NCBI RefSeq assembly: GCF_000315625.1
Contig: NW_005434660.1
Coordinates: forward strand, 358,711 to 422,710
DNA: 64,000 nucleotides
Source: Guillardia theta CCMP2712
Lineage: Eukaryota > Protista > Cryptophyta
Reading direction: 5' to 3'
Shown: in pieces, positions 25,766 through 36,782 of the stretch
Layout: each line of letters opens with the position of its first letter
How positions within the stretch are numbered: the stretch's first letter is position 1
Position numbers and translations under genes: made by a program
The notes under the pieces: generated by a model
Told to the model about the DNA's origin: nothing
Databases searched by the model: none
What the model saw: the letters and a program-made list of their open reading frames with translations, nothing else

Positions 25766-25863
25766 AGCTAGTGCTACTACGAGCACTATGTGTAGTAGCA
25801 GCACTACGAGCACTATGTGTAGTAGCAGCACTACGAGCACTATGTGTATAAGTAGCACTAGCT
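25766..25863. repeat. 3x 27-bp tandem repeat bounded by a 13-bp inverted repeat
   Basis: Unit actacgagcactatgtgtagtagcagc. Ends are agctagtgctact / agtagcactagct. Confidence 0.85.
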
Positions 25864-27108
25864 GATGAGGGAACTGTCCCAACGAACAAGCGAAGTTGTG
25901 CTTGGGACGAGGAGGATGCAAGCTTGAAGCTAGATTCTTTTATGTACAGCAGACAATAGTACAGCCTCGGACACTGTTAATTGTGGTTCGTATCCCGGAG
26001 GAATGGGAGAGAGAGGACCTGGCCTCCCTTTCAATGATAGAGTTGGAGACAGATCTCGTTTCCGTTGTACTTGTACTGTGCAACAAGACAGAGTACTGGA
26101 GTTGCAGCCAGATCACCGGATTGTAAAAGGCGCTGACCGGTGGGCGTGCCGCATCCCGCTGTACATGAGTTAACAAATCTAGCTTCTTTGCGCATCATCT
26201 GTTCACTCGCCCTTGTAAGTGCACTACTATGATCGCTCTTCATGACCTAACGCTCAGTTGTCACCGAGTCAAGTTGGTTCACCGCCGCCGATCATATTCA
26301 CGCTGAGTCTCGCGGCGCCCGCATCTTTACTCAAAGTTAACTTAGTAAGTTAAAAAGCAGCCTAGGCATCTACTGAATCAGGCTGCAGCGGGCACGGTGT
26401 CGGGCGGTCGGCGGCGCCCGGACTCGGACGGCCCCCGGATAAGCCGCCGCTTCAACCGGGAGTATCAGTGCCCGGCCCGCCGCCCCCGCGGCGGCCCAGG
26501 GCCGCCCGGCAGCCTGGGGCCGCCGGCCCGGGGTGGAACTTGCTTCGGCGGCGCGGCCCGGCCGCGGTGCGGGCCCGCCCCGGGTACGGTCCGACACCGT
26601 ACTGCGGCCGGCGGCTGCTGGCCGATGATGCCGCAGACGGTGCCAGCCACAAGGAGGCTGACCGGGCCCGGACTAAGCCTTACGCCGCCGGCGCCGGACC
26701 GGGCCGCCGCTGAGCGGCTGCGTGGCGGGCTCGCGGCGGCAGTGGCCGGGCCGCCGGGCCATAATCCGACTCGGCGATGCCATGATCATCGTCGGCCCGG
26801 CCCCGGGCCGGGGCGGCGGCCGGGCGCCGCCCGGTCAGCCTGGCCGGCGCTGCCGGGGACGCCGGGAAGTCCGGCCGCCAGGCTCACCGTCTTGGCGGAT
26901 CTTCTGGCGGATTGTCAAGACGGTTGAACGAAAGCAAGTTGAACTCAGTGACTCACGCCACGGTCCCCGGGGAGCGGCCGGCTGCCGCCTCAGATGTGCT
27001 GTATGAGATGGACGTGGGTCAAGTGCACAGGGATAAGACCACCCCTCTTTGTACCCTCATAAGCACCGGTGAGACCAACCAACTGCTTTCATTGGTCGAA
27101 CTGCCAGC

Positions 27109-29475
27109 ATGTACGCAGTAGGGGAGGAGGTACTTGCGCTGCTATGGCAGGGATCCTCCTCTCCCTCATCCTCATCATCCTCTCCGGAACGATCGCCTGA
27201 TCCACTCAGAGCCCTGTCCTCCATGTCCTTCTTCTCTTCGATGAACAAGTTGTCTCACCAAGGGTCTCTTCCTGCACTTCAACCGCAAGCTGCACAGGCT
27301 GAAACCCTCCATGGTGTTGATGGCAAGGCGAGGAGGAGGCTGCACATTCCACAGGCTGCTGTGTTCGTCCAGGGTGTCTTGACAGAATGGTACTTTCACT
27401 CCAGGGGCAGAATCATGAAGAAAGCAAAGAAAAGTTTGGAGAAGGAAAACTTGCTGAAAGAGTTCGCACGTGAGAACTCTGCAGGAAGACCGGTTGCGTA
27501 CCTGATAGTGCATCACAAGGGGGAGGATGGATTGTTTACAACGCAGGTTAAGGTCTTGGAAGAGAACGGATTCAATTCCACTGTCAGAAATGCGTTTTCG
27601 ACGCAGCTGACGGGAACTGTTGTGGAGTATGTTGTAGGGAAAAAGAGGCCGGTCAAGCCGTGGCTGCTGAACCCTCCACTTGACCCCAGGACTGAAGGAG
27701 CTGCTTGCTTTGAATGCGTGTGGACGAAGGAGAGAATCAGCGTCAAGCTCAGGCACGAGGACGACTTGAAGGCTGTGGCTCATACCTGCTTTCAGCATAA
27801 GGATAACGACGGCAGGATCAGGTTTGACAAGCCGCGAACTTTCATTCAACACGTCAGACACGAGTTGGGAGCCCAGCAGGGTCAGAGCTTGAAGCCCATC
27901 AAGGCTGTAGGCCAGTCGTTCAAGAGGTTCCCCGCCATCTGCGGGTATTACAACAACTCCACCTGGCGGGTGATGGCTGAGGGCGACCCTTCCAAGGTCG
28001 TTTACGTCAAGAACTTCCGCTCATGGCAGTCTAGAGATACAATCAGCGGTCAGGCCCAAGAGGACGAAGGGCCCCAGCTAGGAGGGCCTGACTACAGCGA
28101 GTACGGCAACGGGGTCATAATCTCCCTCGAGGAGCACTCGGCGATTCGCGACTCGCTCCGTTCACTCGTACATCAGCTCGAGCTCTCGCAGGACGGGGCG
28201 GGGGAGAGCCCCAAGGTGAAGCATCTCCTTGCTTTCTTCAAGAGATCGCGGAACGGACACTTGTACCTCATCTGGAGCACCGCAGCCCTCCTCTTCCCTT
28301 CAGAGAACATGAGCAACCGCAAGTTTGTGAGTGGGACGAAGGAGTTCTCCGACTACACGGAGCTGCTGCAAAACCTGGTCATTCATCCTGGTTGGTACAA
28401 CAGGTTCTGCTCTTCCGAAGACGATGTTGAGAAAGGCCTTCTGAAAGCTTTCGACCTGCGATCAACCACCATGGACTTCAAGGAGTTTCTCAACTTCCTT
28501 AACAAGATCGGCCTCTTACCCAGGAGAATCACCAGAGAAGAAGCGGGCAAGATCTTCAGAAGGGCGAACCGAACCAAAGGTGTGAGCGACGATGACGTTT
28601 ACGAGATGAGCTTCAACGAGTTCAAGTCCGCTCTCAAGCTCATCGTCGACCTGCTCGGCCTGGAGTGGCGGCCCATCCTCTGCGCAGCTCGCATCGGGGA
28701 GATTCTTTTCAACCCCAAGGTCTACAAGAGGTTCTGCTTCGGCGAGCAGGGGAACGAGATTCACTTCAACCAGCTCTGCAACCTCCTGCTCACCTATCGC
28801 CTTCTGCCTGCCTTCATCTCCAAGGAGGATGCTGAGAAAATGTACCGCCGGACTCTGAGAGAACAGGAGGGAGGAGGAGGAGGTGTTGGTGGTAGCAGTT
28901 TTCTGCTGAAATCAGCCCAGGATTCTCCCGTAGTCTCTTCCCCAGCAGCGACCCACCATACCGGCCTCTCCCGCCACAACAGCATCATCGTCAACGTTCA
29001 GTCCGGTCTGCACGAGACAGGGTTCCGGGCCTTCATGATCGCACTGGGAGACAGATTCGGCATGCAGATCGACAAGAAGAAGGATTGTGTGATTTCTCCC
29101 TTCACCGAGCAGATCCTGGGCAGCCAGATGCCTCCCGAGATGCAGAGCGACTCGGATGTGGTTGAGAGATTATACCACCACCCCTACAAAACCTCTCCCC
29201 TCAGGCCCCCCTCCTCTCCCCTTCGTCCGGTGAACCTGCAGCAAAGCTCGACTTTGAGCGTGAGCGTCACTGCTACGGACGTGAGCACAGCAACGGATGG
29301 GGAACAGCAGCAAGTCGAGGTCGAGCAGGTGAAGGAGAGGCTCCCCAAGGTCAGAAAGAAGCTAAAGAGCTCAGTGAGGAAGTTGGGTGAGCCATCGAAT
29401 GGTGAGGACAAGCTGGAGCCTCAAAAGATCAAACTCTTTCGTATCAGGAGTGGGACTTCTTCGCCTGTACATTAA
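27109..29475 (+). CDS. Intronless hypothetical protein with p25-alpha/EF-hand-like helical repeats
   Basis: 788-aa ORF. MDFKEFLNFLNKIGLLPRRITREEAGKIFRRAN...MSFNEFKSAL plus a second degenerate copy. The true start may be Met at 27223. Confidence 0.75.
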   Translation: MYAVGEEVLALLWQGSSSPSSSSSSPERSPDPLRALSSMSFFSSMNKLSHQGSLPALQPQAAQAETLHGVDGKARRRLHIPQAAVFVQGVLTEWYFHSRGRIMKKAKKSLEKENLLKEFARENSAGRPVAYLIVHHKGEDGLFTTQVKVLEENGFNSTVRNAFSTQLTGTVVEYVVGKKRPVKPWLLNPPLDPRTEGAACFECVWTKERISVKLRHEDDLKAVAHTCFQHKDNDGRIRFDKPRTFIQHVRHELGAQQGQSLKPIKAVGQSFKRFPAICGYYNNSTWRVMAEGDPSKVVYVKNFRSWQSRDTISGQAQEDEGPQLGGPDYSEYGNGVIISLEEHSAIRDSLRSLVHQLELSQDGAGESPKVKHLLAFFKRSRNGHLYLIWSTAALLFPSENMSNRKFVSGTKEFSDYTELLQNLVIHPGWYNRFCSSEDDVEKGLLKAFDLRSTTMDFKEFLNFLNKIGLLPRRITREEAGKIFRRANRTKGVSDDDVYEMSFNEFKSALKLIVDLLGLEWRPILCAARIGEILFNPKVYKRFCFGEQGNEIHFNQLCNLLLTYRLLPAFISKEDAEKMYRRTLREQEGGGGGVGGSSFLLKSAQDSPVVSSPAATHHTGLSRHNSIIVNVQSGLHETGFRAFMIALGDRFGMQIDKKKDCVISPFTEQILGSQMPPEMQSDSDVVERLYHHPYKTSPLRPPSSPLRPVNLQQSSTLSVSVTATDVSTATDGEQQQVEVEQVKERLPKVRKKLKSSVRKLGEPSNGEDKLEPQKIKLFRIRSGTSSPVH

Positions 29476-29547
29476 ATTCGTCCTGTACATTTCAACTCCC
29501 TTGCTCCTCCCATCAACTTCCGTCCCACTCAAGACTTGCTCCTTCTC

Positions 29548-30027
29548 TCATCTCTCGGCTTCGAACTTCCCCTTGTTCATCCAACGCATCGCTCGCGTCC
29601 CTACCGCCGCACAACAGAAGAGCGCTGCCATGGCAACAGGAGCCGCTGCTGTCCAGACCAGCACGGAGCCAGCCAGGCACTGGCCGAACTCAACGACGAG
29701 GACGAGGAGAGGGAGCTCGTGCACCTGAGCAAGGAAGGAAGACGGAGAGCATTGCGAGAAGGGAAGCATGAAGAGAGGGATCAGCATAAGCTGGATAGGT
29801 GTCAAGAGCAGGTTGATCGCCACGGACAAGGCTGAGACAACTGGAGTCACGGTGAATCTTGTCCGAAGGAGGAGGAGGAGGAAGAACACAGCGATGGTCG
29901 TTGCACCAGGAATGGGAAAGAGCCCTCCCCATCCCCCTGCGCTCAGAGAAATTCCCAGCTCAGTCGCGCTCATCCTGACTGCAGGCTCATAGAGCTCGTG
30001 CCGGAGAAACCTCTTGAGTCGATCCAT
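29548..30027 (-). CDS. DUF2062-like membrane protein
   Basis: ELGISLSAGGWGGLFPIPGATT...INLLLTPIQLMLIP and several TM helices. Confidence 0.7.
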   Translation of the reverse strand: MDRLKRFLRHELYEPAVRMSATELGISLSAGGWGGLFPIPGATTIAVFFLLLLLRTRFTVTPVVSALSVAINLLLTPIQLMLIPLFMLPFSQCSPSSFLAQVHELPLLVLVVEFGQCLAGSVLVWTAAAPVAMAALFCCAAVGTRAMRWMNKGKFEAER

Positions 30028-30387
30028 GGCGCCTTGTTTCGTCGTCAACAAACTCCTTTGACCTTCACATAGGAGCGCTGCTCTGCCCGAAAGCTCGACC
30101 CCATGTCGCTGCGAAGTGCTTCCCCTCTGTTCGGCAGCCCTAGAGGGCCGACTAGACTCGCTATGGAGCGAGCGGGCAGACTACATGCACCTACTCCAAG
30201 GGTCGGAGGGTTCTGACAGCGATAAGGCTGATCGCCAAACGACAAGAGAGGTGGACGGGAGAGAAGTGGGAGGAAGAGCGAGCAAAGACGGCTCGCAGGG
30301 GGAGTAGAATGCAGGAGGGAGGAGAGGAGGAACACAGAGAGGCGGGAGTGAGGAGGGGGGTGAGCGAACGCCCTGCCTCAGAGGTTT

Positions 30388-30451
30388 CGGATACTCACGG
30401 ATACCAGTACGAATACCAGCACGAATACCAGCACGGATAATCACGGATATC
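30388..30451. repeat. Short tandem array of CG(G/A)ATA-containing 10-12 bp units in a divergent intergenic region
   Basis: cggatactcacggataccagtacgaataccagcacgaataccagcacggataatcacggatatc. Confidence 0.8.
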
Positions 30452-30481
30452 CTTGGTTCCAGAGGAATGCTGACTTTGTCA

Positions 30482-32190
30482 ATGCGTCGCGGGGGGGCAG
30501 GGCTGACGACGATGCTGCTAGTGGCGTCATCGGTTGTCTGTCAGGTTGTCCTTCATCAAGATGATGTCTGCTGTGGCTCCTCTCTCAACTCTGCCCGTTC
30601 TCCTCTCGTTCACCTCTGTGAATGTTCAAGTGCAGCGACTCTGTCAGAATCGTTGGCCCTTCTAAGAAGCATTTCGGTGATGAAACTCCATTTGATCAGG
30701 CGGAAGCCTTCCTACAGCAACCTCTGCCTTCCTTGAGGTTGTGAAGACCTCCTTCTAGGCTGTGTGCCTGGATGTTCTGACATGGTGGAAGGGTTCGCGG
30801 AGGAGGTGCTGGCGCGCAGATGTGCATGCAAGGCAAGTCTTTCCCGACCATCGAGCTCAATGACGGTGAGGACCTCCTGCAACCCTCACTTACGTCACTG
30901 GGTTGCTCATCCCGTGAAGGTTCAAGACACCCCATGATTGGCTTCGGGACGTACAAAGTCGGTTTCATCCCTGCGAGCGCGTCGGCGGCCGTGGCTGGGC
31001 AGGAGGCGCAAGGATCGAAGCAGGAGACGGCGCGGGAGTGCGTCCTGTCGGCTCTCGAGTGTGGCTATCGCTTCTTGGATTGTGCTCAGTTCTATGGGAA
31101 CGAGAGAGAAGTGGGGCTTGCGATCAAGGACAGTGGCATCCCCCGCGAAGAGTTGTTCCTTGCCAGCAAGGTCCTTGTGCTGCTCGCGGGTCCTTTGAAG
31201 CTCACTCAGCATGGAAGGTGTGGACAGACAAGATTTTCGAAGGAGCAGATGCAGTCAGGAAGCAGGTGAAGTCCGGGAGATAGGAGGGAGAACGATGTCA
31301 CCCGCTCCTTCCAGGTCCAGCAAACCCTCGACGACCTCGGGACGGACTATCTCGACCTGTATCTGATCCATTGGCCAGTTCCCAGCAAGCACGTGGAGGC
31401 ATACAAGGTTGTGTGCGTCTCTCTTGGATCCTGAGGAGGAGAGTGAAAGGGAGCTGTGCAAGGTGCTGGAGGAGCTGCAGGCTCAGGGCAAGCTGAGGTC
31501 GATAGGGGTGAGCAACTACGTCATCGAGGACCTCGAGGAGCTCATGGTGCGCTTGCCGACGTGTTGATGAGATTCCTTATGAACAACTCTGTAGCAATCG
31601 GCCAAGGTTGTTCCGGCGATCAATCAGATCGAGGTCAACCCGTTCCTGTACAGGAAGAGAACCATCTCCTACTGCCAGTCGAAGGGCATTGTTGTCCAAG
31701 CTTACCGGGCCCTGAGGGATGGCAAGGTACGAAGTGTTATCTGTAGTTTTCTGGCTGACTTGTGGACAGGCATTCTCACACCCGTTGATCCTTAAGATGT
31801 CGGAGAAGTACAACAAACCCCCTGCCAACATCCTCGGAAGGTGGTGTGTACAGAAGAACGTAATCTACATCCCCAAGTCGGTCAAGAAGGAAAGGATGGT
31901 AATTTGTTGGTGGTCCCAGCGTAGAATTGACTGCTCTCCTTTATGGGCAGCTTGCCAACATGGATGTGTTCGATTGGACGCTTGAGGAGAAGGATATGCA
32001 AGAGTTGGACCTCCTCACGACTGAGGAGAATCTAGAGACGTTCAAGGTGCTCGACCTGAGACCAATGCAACTTGTGCTGGTTTGAACTTACCAACAGGCC
32101 CTCTACCTGAAATGTGTTCTGAGAGATACTCCGCTGAGCGGCACGGAGGAGGGAAAGAAGTTGCTACGCACTGCCTTCACGATCGACTAA
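30482..32190 (+). CDS. Aldo/keto reductase with bipartite targeting peptide, multi-exon
   Basis: IGFGTYK, GYRFLDCAQFYGNE, LFLASKVW, DYLDLYLIHWP, RSIGVSNY, NQIEVNP, IPKS. The spliced N-terminus reads ...SSVVCQ|AEA|FLQQPLPSLRVRGG. Confidence 0.9.
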
Positions 32191-33540
32191 GGGCCGGGGC
32201 AGTAGCTGCAGCATCGCCACGGCCGCCGGCCCGTCACTTGAGTCATCTGGCTCCGACGTACGGTCGTACCCGCCGCCGGCGAACGGTCACGGCGCCGGGC
32301 CAGCAGGTAGTGAGCTCAGTGACCACCCGGGACTCGGTACAGTGGCAGTGCCACCGTGCGGCAGGCCGCGTGAGCCCGCGCCGGCGGCTCAGTGGCCCGG
32401 CCGGCACTGGCACTGCGGCAGCGGCACGGTCACGATGGTGGCACGCCGCCGGGACTCCAGCGGCAACACCGCGCCACGCCACGCCAATCCCGGCGGGCCA
32501 GCGCCGCCCGGCCTCGCCGCTGACTCCCGAGTCAGACTCAGGCCGCTGAGCCCGGCTGCCCGGCCGCAGTGCGGCGCCGTAGTGACCGTCGTGAACCTAC
32601 GGTCCGTGGCGCTCAGATCGGACCGGCCCGTGACGCCGTGAAGGCTCCTCAGTCACTTCAGTTATCATCCGATTGTTAGTCTTTTTGCTCAAAGTTACTA
32701 AGTTAAAAATCAGTACGAGGACAATCAGGAGAGTCGAGGAGGCTTGACCCTGACACTGTCGCACAGGCCAAACGGCGAGAAGAGCAAAGACAGCGTTAGT
32801 AAGTTAGCCTATCCTCTCTCAGCGAGTCACCGCGTGGCCCCGGGCCGCATCGGAAGTGAGTCGTTGCCACCGAACGGCAGGCCGGGCCCAGCCGCAGCCG
32901 CAACCGCCGCTTCAAAGTTCAATGCCGCATGATGCATCACAGTGTCCCGGGTTACCGGGTCCTGCCACCGGACGGTGCCAGAGGGCCCGGGGTGCCGGGG
33001 GGCCGGCAGTGCCGCGGCCCGGGCCCAGTGCCAGCTGAGCCTGATCGGCGGTCACGGCCCTGGCCAGTGGCCGCACTTTTGAAGTTCGGCACTGCAGTGT
33101 GGACCGTCACGGTCCGACCGGGGAAACGGGCCCGACTCCCGAGTTCGGGTACGGTACTGCCATGCCCGGGGGCCGGGAACTGGCTCTGCCCGGCCGCGCG
33201 CGCACTGCGGTGCGGCAGTAACCGGCCGCAGCGCGGCGCGGCGGCCTGAGCCTACCCGGAGTCGCGCCGCCAGGGCGCCCCCGCGGCCCGGCCGGGCCCC
33301 CGGCGGCCCCCGGTGAACCCGCCGGTGGGCCGGGCCCGGGGGGCCGCCACTCCGCGGCGCCCGCCGCCGACTGAGCGGTCCGGGCCCGGGCCACACTAGC
33401 CGCCCCGCCGGATCCGATCATCGGATCGCGCAGCCTCCGGGCCGGCGCTGGCAGCCGCCACCGGCTGTTTACGGCAGAGTGTACCGCCCAATGCGACCCC
33501 CCGCTTGCGGCCGGCCACTCGTGACTGGAGCCAGATTTCA
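32190..33540. other. Largest GC-rich palindromic-word intergenic island (others at ~11560-12110, 20850-21270, 22620-23150, 26300-27000, 35700-36250, 47330-47950, 53780-53840, 61910-62000)
   Basis: Dense GGGCCC, CCGG, GCGGCCGC, TGAGTCA, CAGTGAC, GTACGGTAC and GATC words with no credible coding frame. Confidence 0.75.
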
Positions 33541-34067
33541 ACGTTACTCCTCAAAAAAATAGTTGCATTCAACCAAAAGTTGAAGTTACAAGAACAAAGT
33601 TGAGGTTTCCGTCGAAAAATGAATGTATTCTCTCAATTTTAAAAAACAACTTTACTTATTTCATGCAGCCTTTTGCGCTCCCACCCCACCCTTCACAATG
33701 ACATAATCAAAATATAACCCCTCTCAGTCATAGAGAAATACCCTATCCTAGGTGGGTACCTCAGCACCTTCACCCCTACTTCAAAAAACAAGTTATGTTC
33801 CCTTTTGCGTCCCAAGGGAAAAATAGCACCCACCTTCCCTTTATCCTACCAGGGCCTCTCCTCCCGCCCGCTGGCTTCACTGCTTTCTCGTAGCTGACCT
33901 CGTCTCAAAGCAGCTGCTATCCCTATCCCTCGCCTCTATCCTCCCTTTCTCCTCCCCTCACTTCTCTGAACATTTAGATTCATCCCTCCTCCTTGTCTTG
34001 ACCCCGTAAATCGTTTCTCATCCCGAACCTACTGGCACTCGATCAATAGAAATTAATCTTCCTTCCA

Positions 34068-35697
34068 ATGTCATCTGCACAGGCTGAGATTGCAAGTAGC
34101 TTCCATCAATACCTGGAGAGACTCGAAGAAAACTTCCCCAGGTAAACTATGATCTTCCATGTTGCATCTTGATAAAAACAATCAGCATGCATCTAACACT
34201 CTTTTTCCCTCTAGAGCTGTGCCAGAGAATGTCTTCATCGAGCATGCCAACAAAGTGCTCAACGATCACGGCTTCAACTCCAAGACTTCTATCAACCTTG
34301 TCAGTCACTGCCGAGACGAACTGTGCAGACCCTTCACTGAAGCCATCGACTCGACGTGGCAGAAGCCGAGCTTTAACATTGCTTCTCTTGCTGGAATGGT
34401 GTATTGTGGACGAACAGGCTTCAGAGCTGCCATGGCTCATGCCCCGAACATAGACGGAAAGGAGCGGTATGTCATCTGGGTAGCTTCGCACATTGCGCTC
34501 GGGGAGGGGGAACCTGGCATTGTCTACCGTCCTGGTCGGGAGCACGCCTCAACAGCATGCGGAGCTCTGCTTGCCGCATTGCGTGAGATTCAATCGGGAA
34601 AGCTCAACGTACAGCTCGACCCTACGGACTTGGAGATGTCCCTGCTGAAGCAGCAAATTGTGGGCTATTTGCGATACGGGCAAGTACCATCGCTGGTGGA
34701 GCTTACGTATGCCGTACACGAGTGCATCCTTGCAGACGTGAAACGAACGGCTCAGCTGGCTGTGGACCGAGATATGTGTGAGTACGTGATCATCTCAGGG
34801 ATTCAAGTACATGGAGCATACAACAGTAACTTCTTCTGGCCAGGAACGTTCGTAAAGTACACACCGACAGGAGTTGAGGATCTTTACGAGGATTACGCTG
34901 CCTCGGTGTCGGACTGGACTATCAATGACTGGGTGGAGGTGGAGTCTCTTGCTCTGCTACAGAGGAAGGAAAGAGAGGCGAGGCTGGCTGTGAAACGAGG
35001 TGATCTACAGGCCCTGAAGGAGATCGAACTTCCCCTCACTAAGATCCGGGATAACACTCGACGGTCGCTTCTACATGTCGCGGCCATGCATGGCAAGATC
35101 GAGATTGCTGAGTTCCTGCTCAAGTCTGCAGAAAATCTGAATCGGTTCGTCAACCTGCGTGATAACTTGCACTTGACTGCGATGGACTACGCGGTGCAAT
35201 ACGAGCATGACGAGCTGGCCGAGCTGCTGATGGAGAATGGAGGAGGGCTGGAGGGAGAGTGGCTTCAAGAAGAGCTTGTCAAAGCTGTCTCCAAGTGCGA
35301 TCTCAATCAACTCAGCAGGCTCATGTGGTATGCCAAGGACATTCCTGCAGCCATCAAATCCACCAATCAGGATGGCAAGTCGTTGGTTCATGTTTGTGCT
35401 GGATCTCGTGACGCGAAAAGAGCGGAGATGCTGCAGCTGCTGTTGTCCTTTGGAGCTGACACAAATCTAGTGGATTTCTACGGCAACAACGCCGCGATGG
35501 CCATTCAAGAGAGGCAGGATAGAGAGCTGCTAGAGGTCCTAGAGAGCCCTCGAGTCTCGCTTGACTTGTCATCGGCAAGCACAGAGCTGAAAGTGGGTGC
35601 CCTTGCACAATCGAAGATGCCAAAGAGACGAGCCAAGTCGTTCGGATCCAACCTTTCGGAGTTTGGTTACTCGAGACAATCATCTTCTAATTTTTGA
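34068..35697 (+). CDS. LCIB/LCIC-family (theta-type) carbonic anhydrase domain fused to ankyrin repeats
   Basis: SHCRDELCRPF, FNIASLAG..CGRTGFRAAMAHAP, SHIA, R.GR...STACGAL, GIQVHG. These are followed by ankyrin repeats (SLLHVAAMHGKIEIAEFLL, TAMDYAV, GKSLVHVCA..LLLSFGAD). One intron at 34142-34214. Confidence 0.88.
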
Positions 35698-36419
35698 TCG
35701 GCGGCCGCCGCATGATCCACAGACTCCGACGGCCCGAGTTCAATCCAGTCAGCAACTTAGCTCGACCGTAGCTTCCCGGTATCATACTGAGTACAATCGT
35801 TGCCAACCATCATGTGAGCTGCTGAGTCAAAGTTCCCGGCTTACTAACTTAAGCGGCCGCGGTCCGAACTTCAAAGCCAGGCCGCTTCCGACTCAGTACT
35901 CAGTGTGACCGGCCTCGCGGGCCCGGCCCGTCGCCGGTGCCCGACTCCCGCCTGATCACTGTGACCGTATCGGACGGGAGCTTGGGCGTGTGACTCGGCG
36001 AGTCCGGAGCCGGCGGACCGTACTGGGCCTAGTACCCTCAGAGCCAGGACTACTAGTACTACGGGCCCCGCCCTCACGGCGGCCGAGGTACGGTAGGCCC
36101 CGGGCCGGCCCGGCCCGCCGCGCCGTACGGTCGCCCGGCCCTCCGCCGCAGTGTCACTGAGCCGTGCGGCCGCCCGGCGACCGTACGGTACTATATTCCG
36201 GACCGTACTATGATCGGATCGGGGCCCGGGGGGCGCGGCCCTGGGACTCTCAGTGAACTCTTCTTGTACTCAAAGTAAACTCCGTTTCCATCGAAAAACA
36301 GGAGGCGGGAGCCAACGGGGCGAGGGTGAGGGAGGAGAGGGGGCGGGGGGCTCGAGCCCTTCAAACTACAAGGCGGCAGCTGCGACCAGCACAAACCAAG
36401 CAGCATGGGGTTCGGAGGC

Positions 36420-36782
36420 ATGCCGCCCAAGAAGGAGAAGAAGCCCAAGAAGGAGAAGAAGCCCAAGGCTGAGGGCGACAAGAAGAAGAAGAAGAAGAGG
36501 AGGAGCGAGAGCTACTCCATCTACATCTACAAGGTGTTGAAGCAGGTTCACCCTGACACCGGTATCTCCACCAAGGCCATGTCGATCATGAACTCGTTCA
36601 TCTCGGACATCTTCGACAAGATCTCGAACGAGGCCGGCAAGCTTGTGAGGTACAACAAGAAGGGAACGTTGTCTGCTCGCGAGATCCAGACTGCTGTGCG
36701 TCTCATCCTTCCTGGAGAGCTCGCCAAGCACGCTGTGTCCGAGGGAACCAAGGCTGTGACCAAGTACACTTCGTCCTCGTAA
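36420..36782 (+). CDS. H2B: Histone H2B, copy 2
   Basis: Identical protein to copy 1. Confidence 0.98.
   Translation: MPPKKEKKPKKEKKPKAEGDKKKKKKRRSESYSIYIYKVLKQVHPDTGISTKAMSIMNSFISDIFDKISNEAGKLVRYNKKGTLSAREIQTAVRLILPGELAKHAVSEGTKAVTKYTSSS

Noticed and set aside
25766-25863. CRISPR-like array
   Set aside because: The units are contiguous with no unique spacers, and the context is eukaryotic.
24056-26243. Possible fragmented minus-strand gene hosting RWP-RK copy 2
   Set aside because: Exon-like pieces exist but no coherent reading frame could be assembled.
26370-27006. R/P/G/A-rich ORFs in the GC islands
   Set aside because: They arise in all frames from stop-codon depletion and show no motifs or splice structure.
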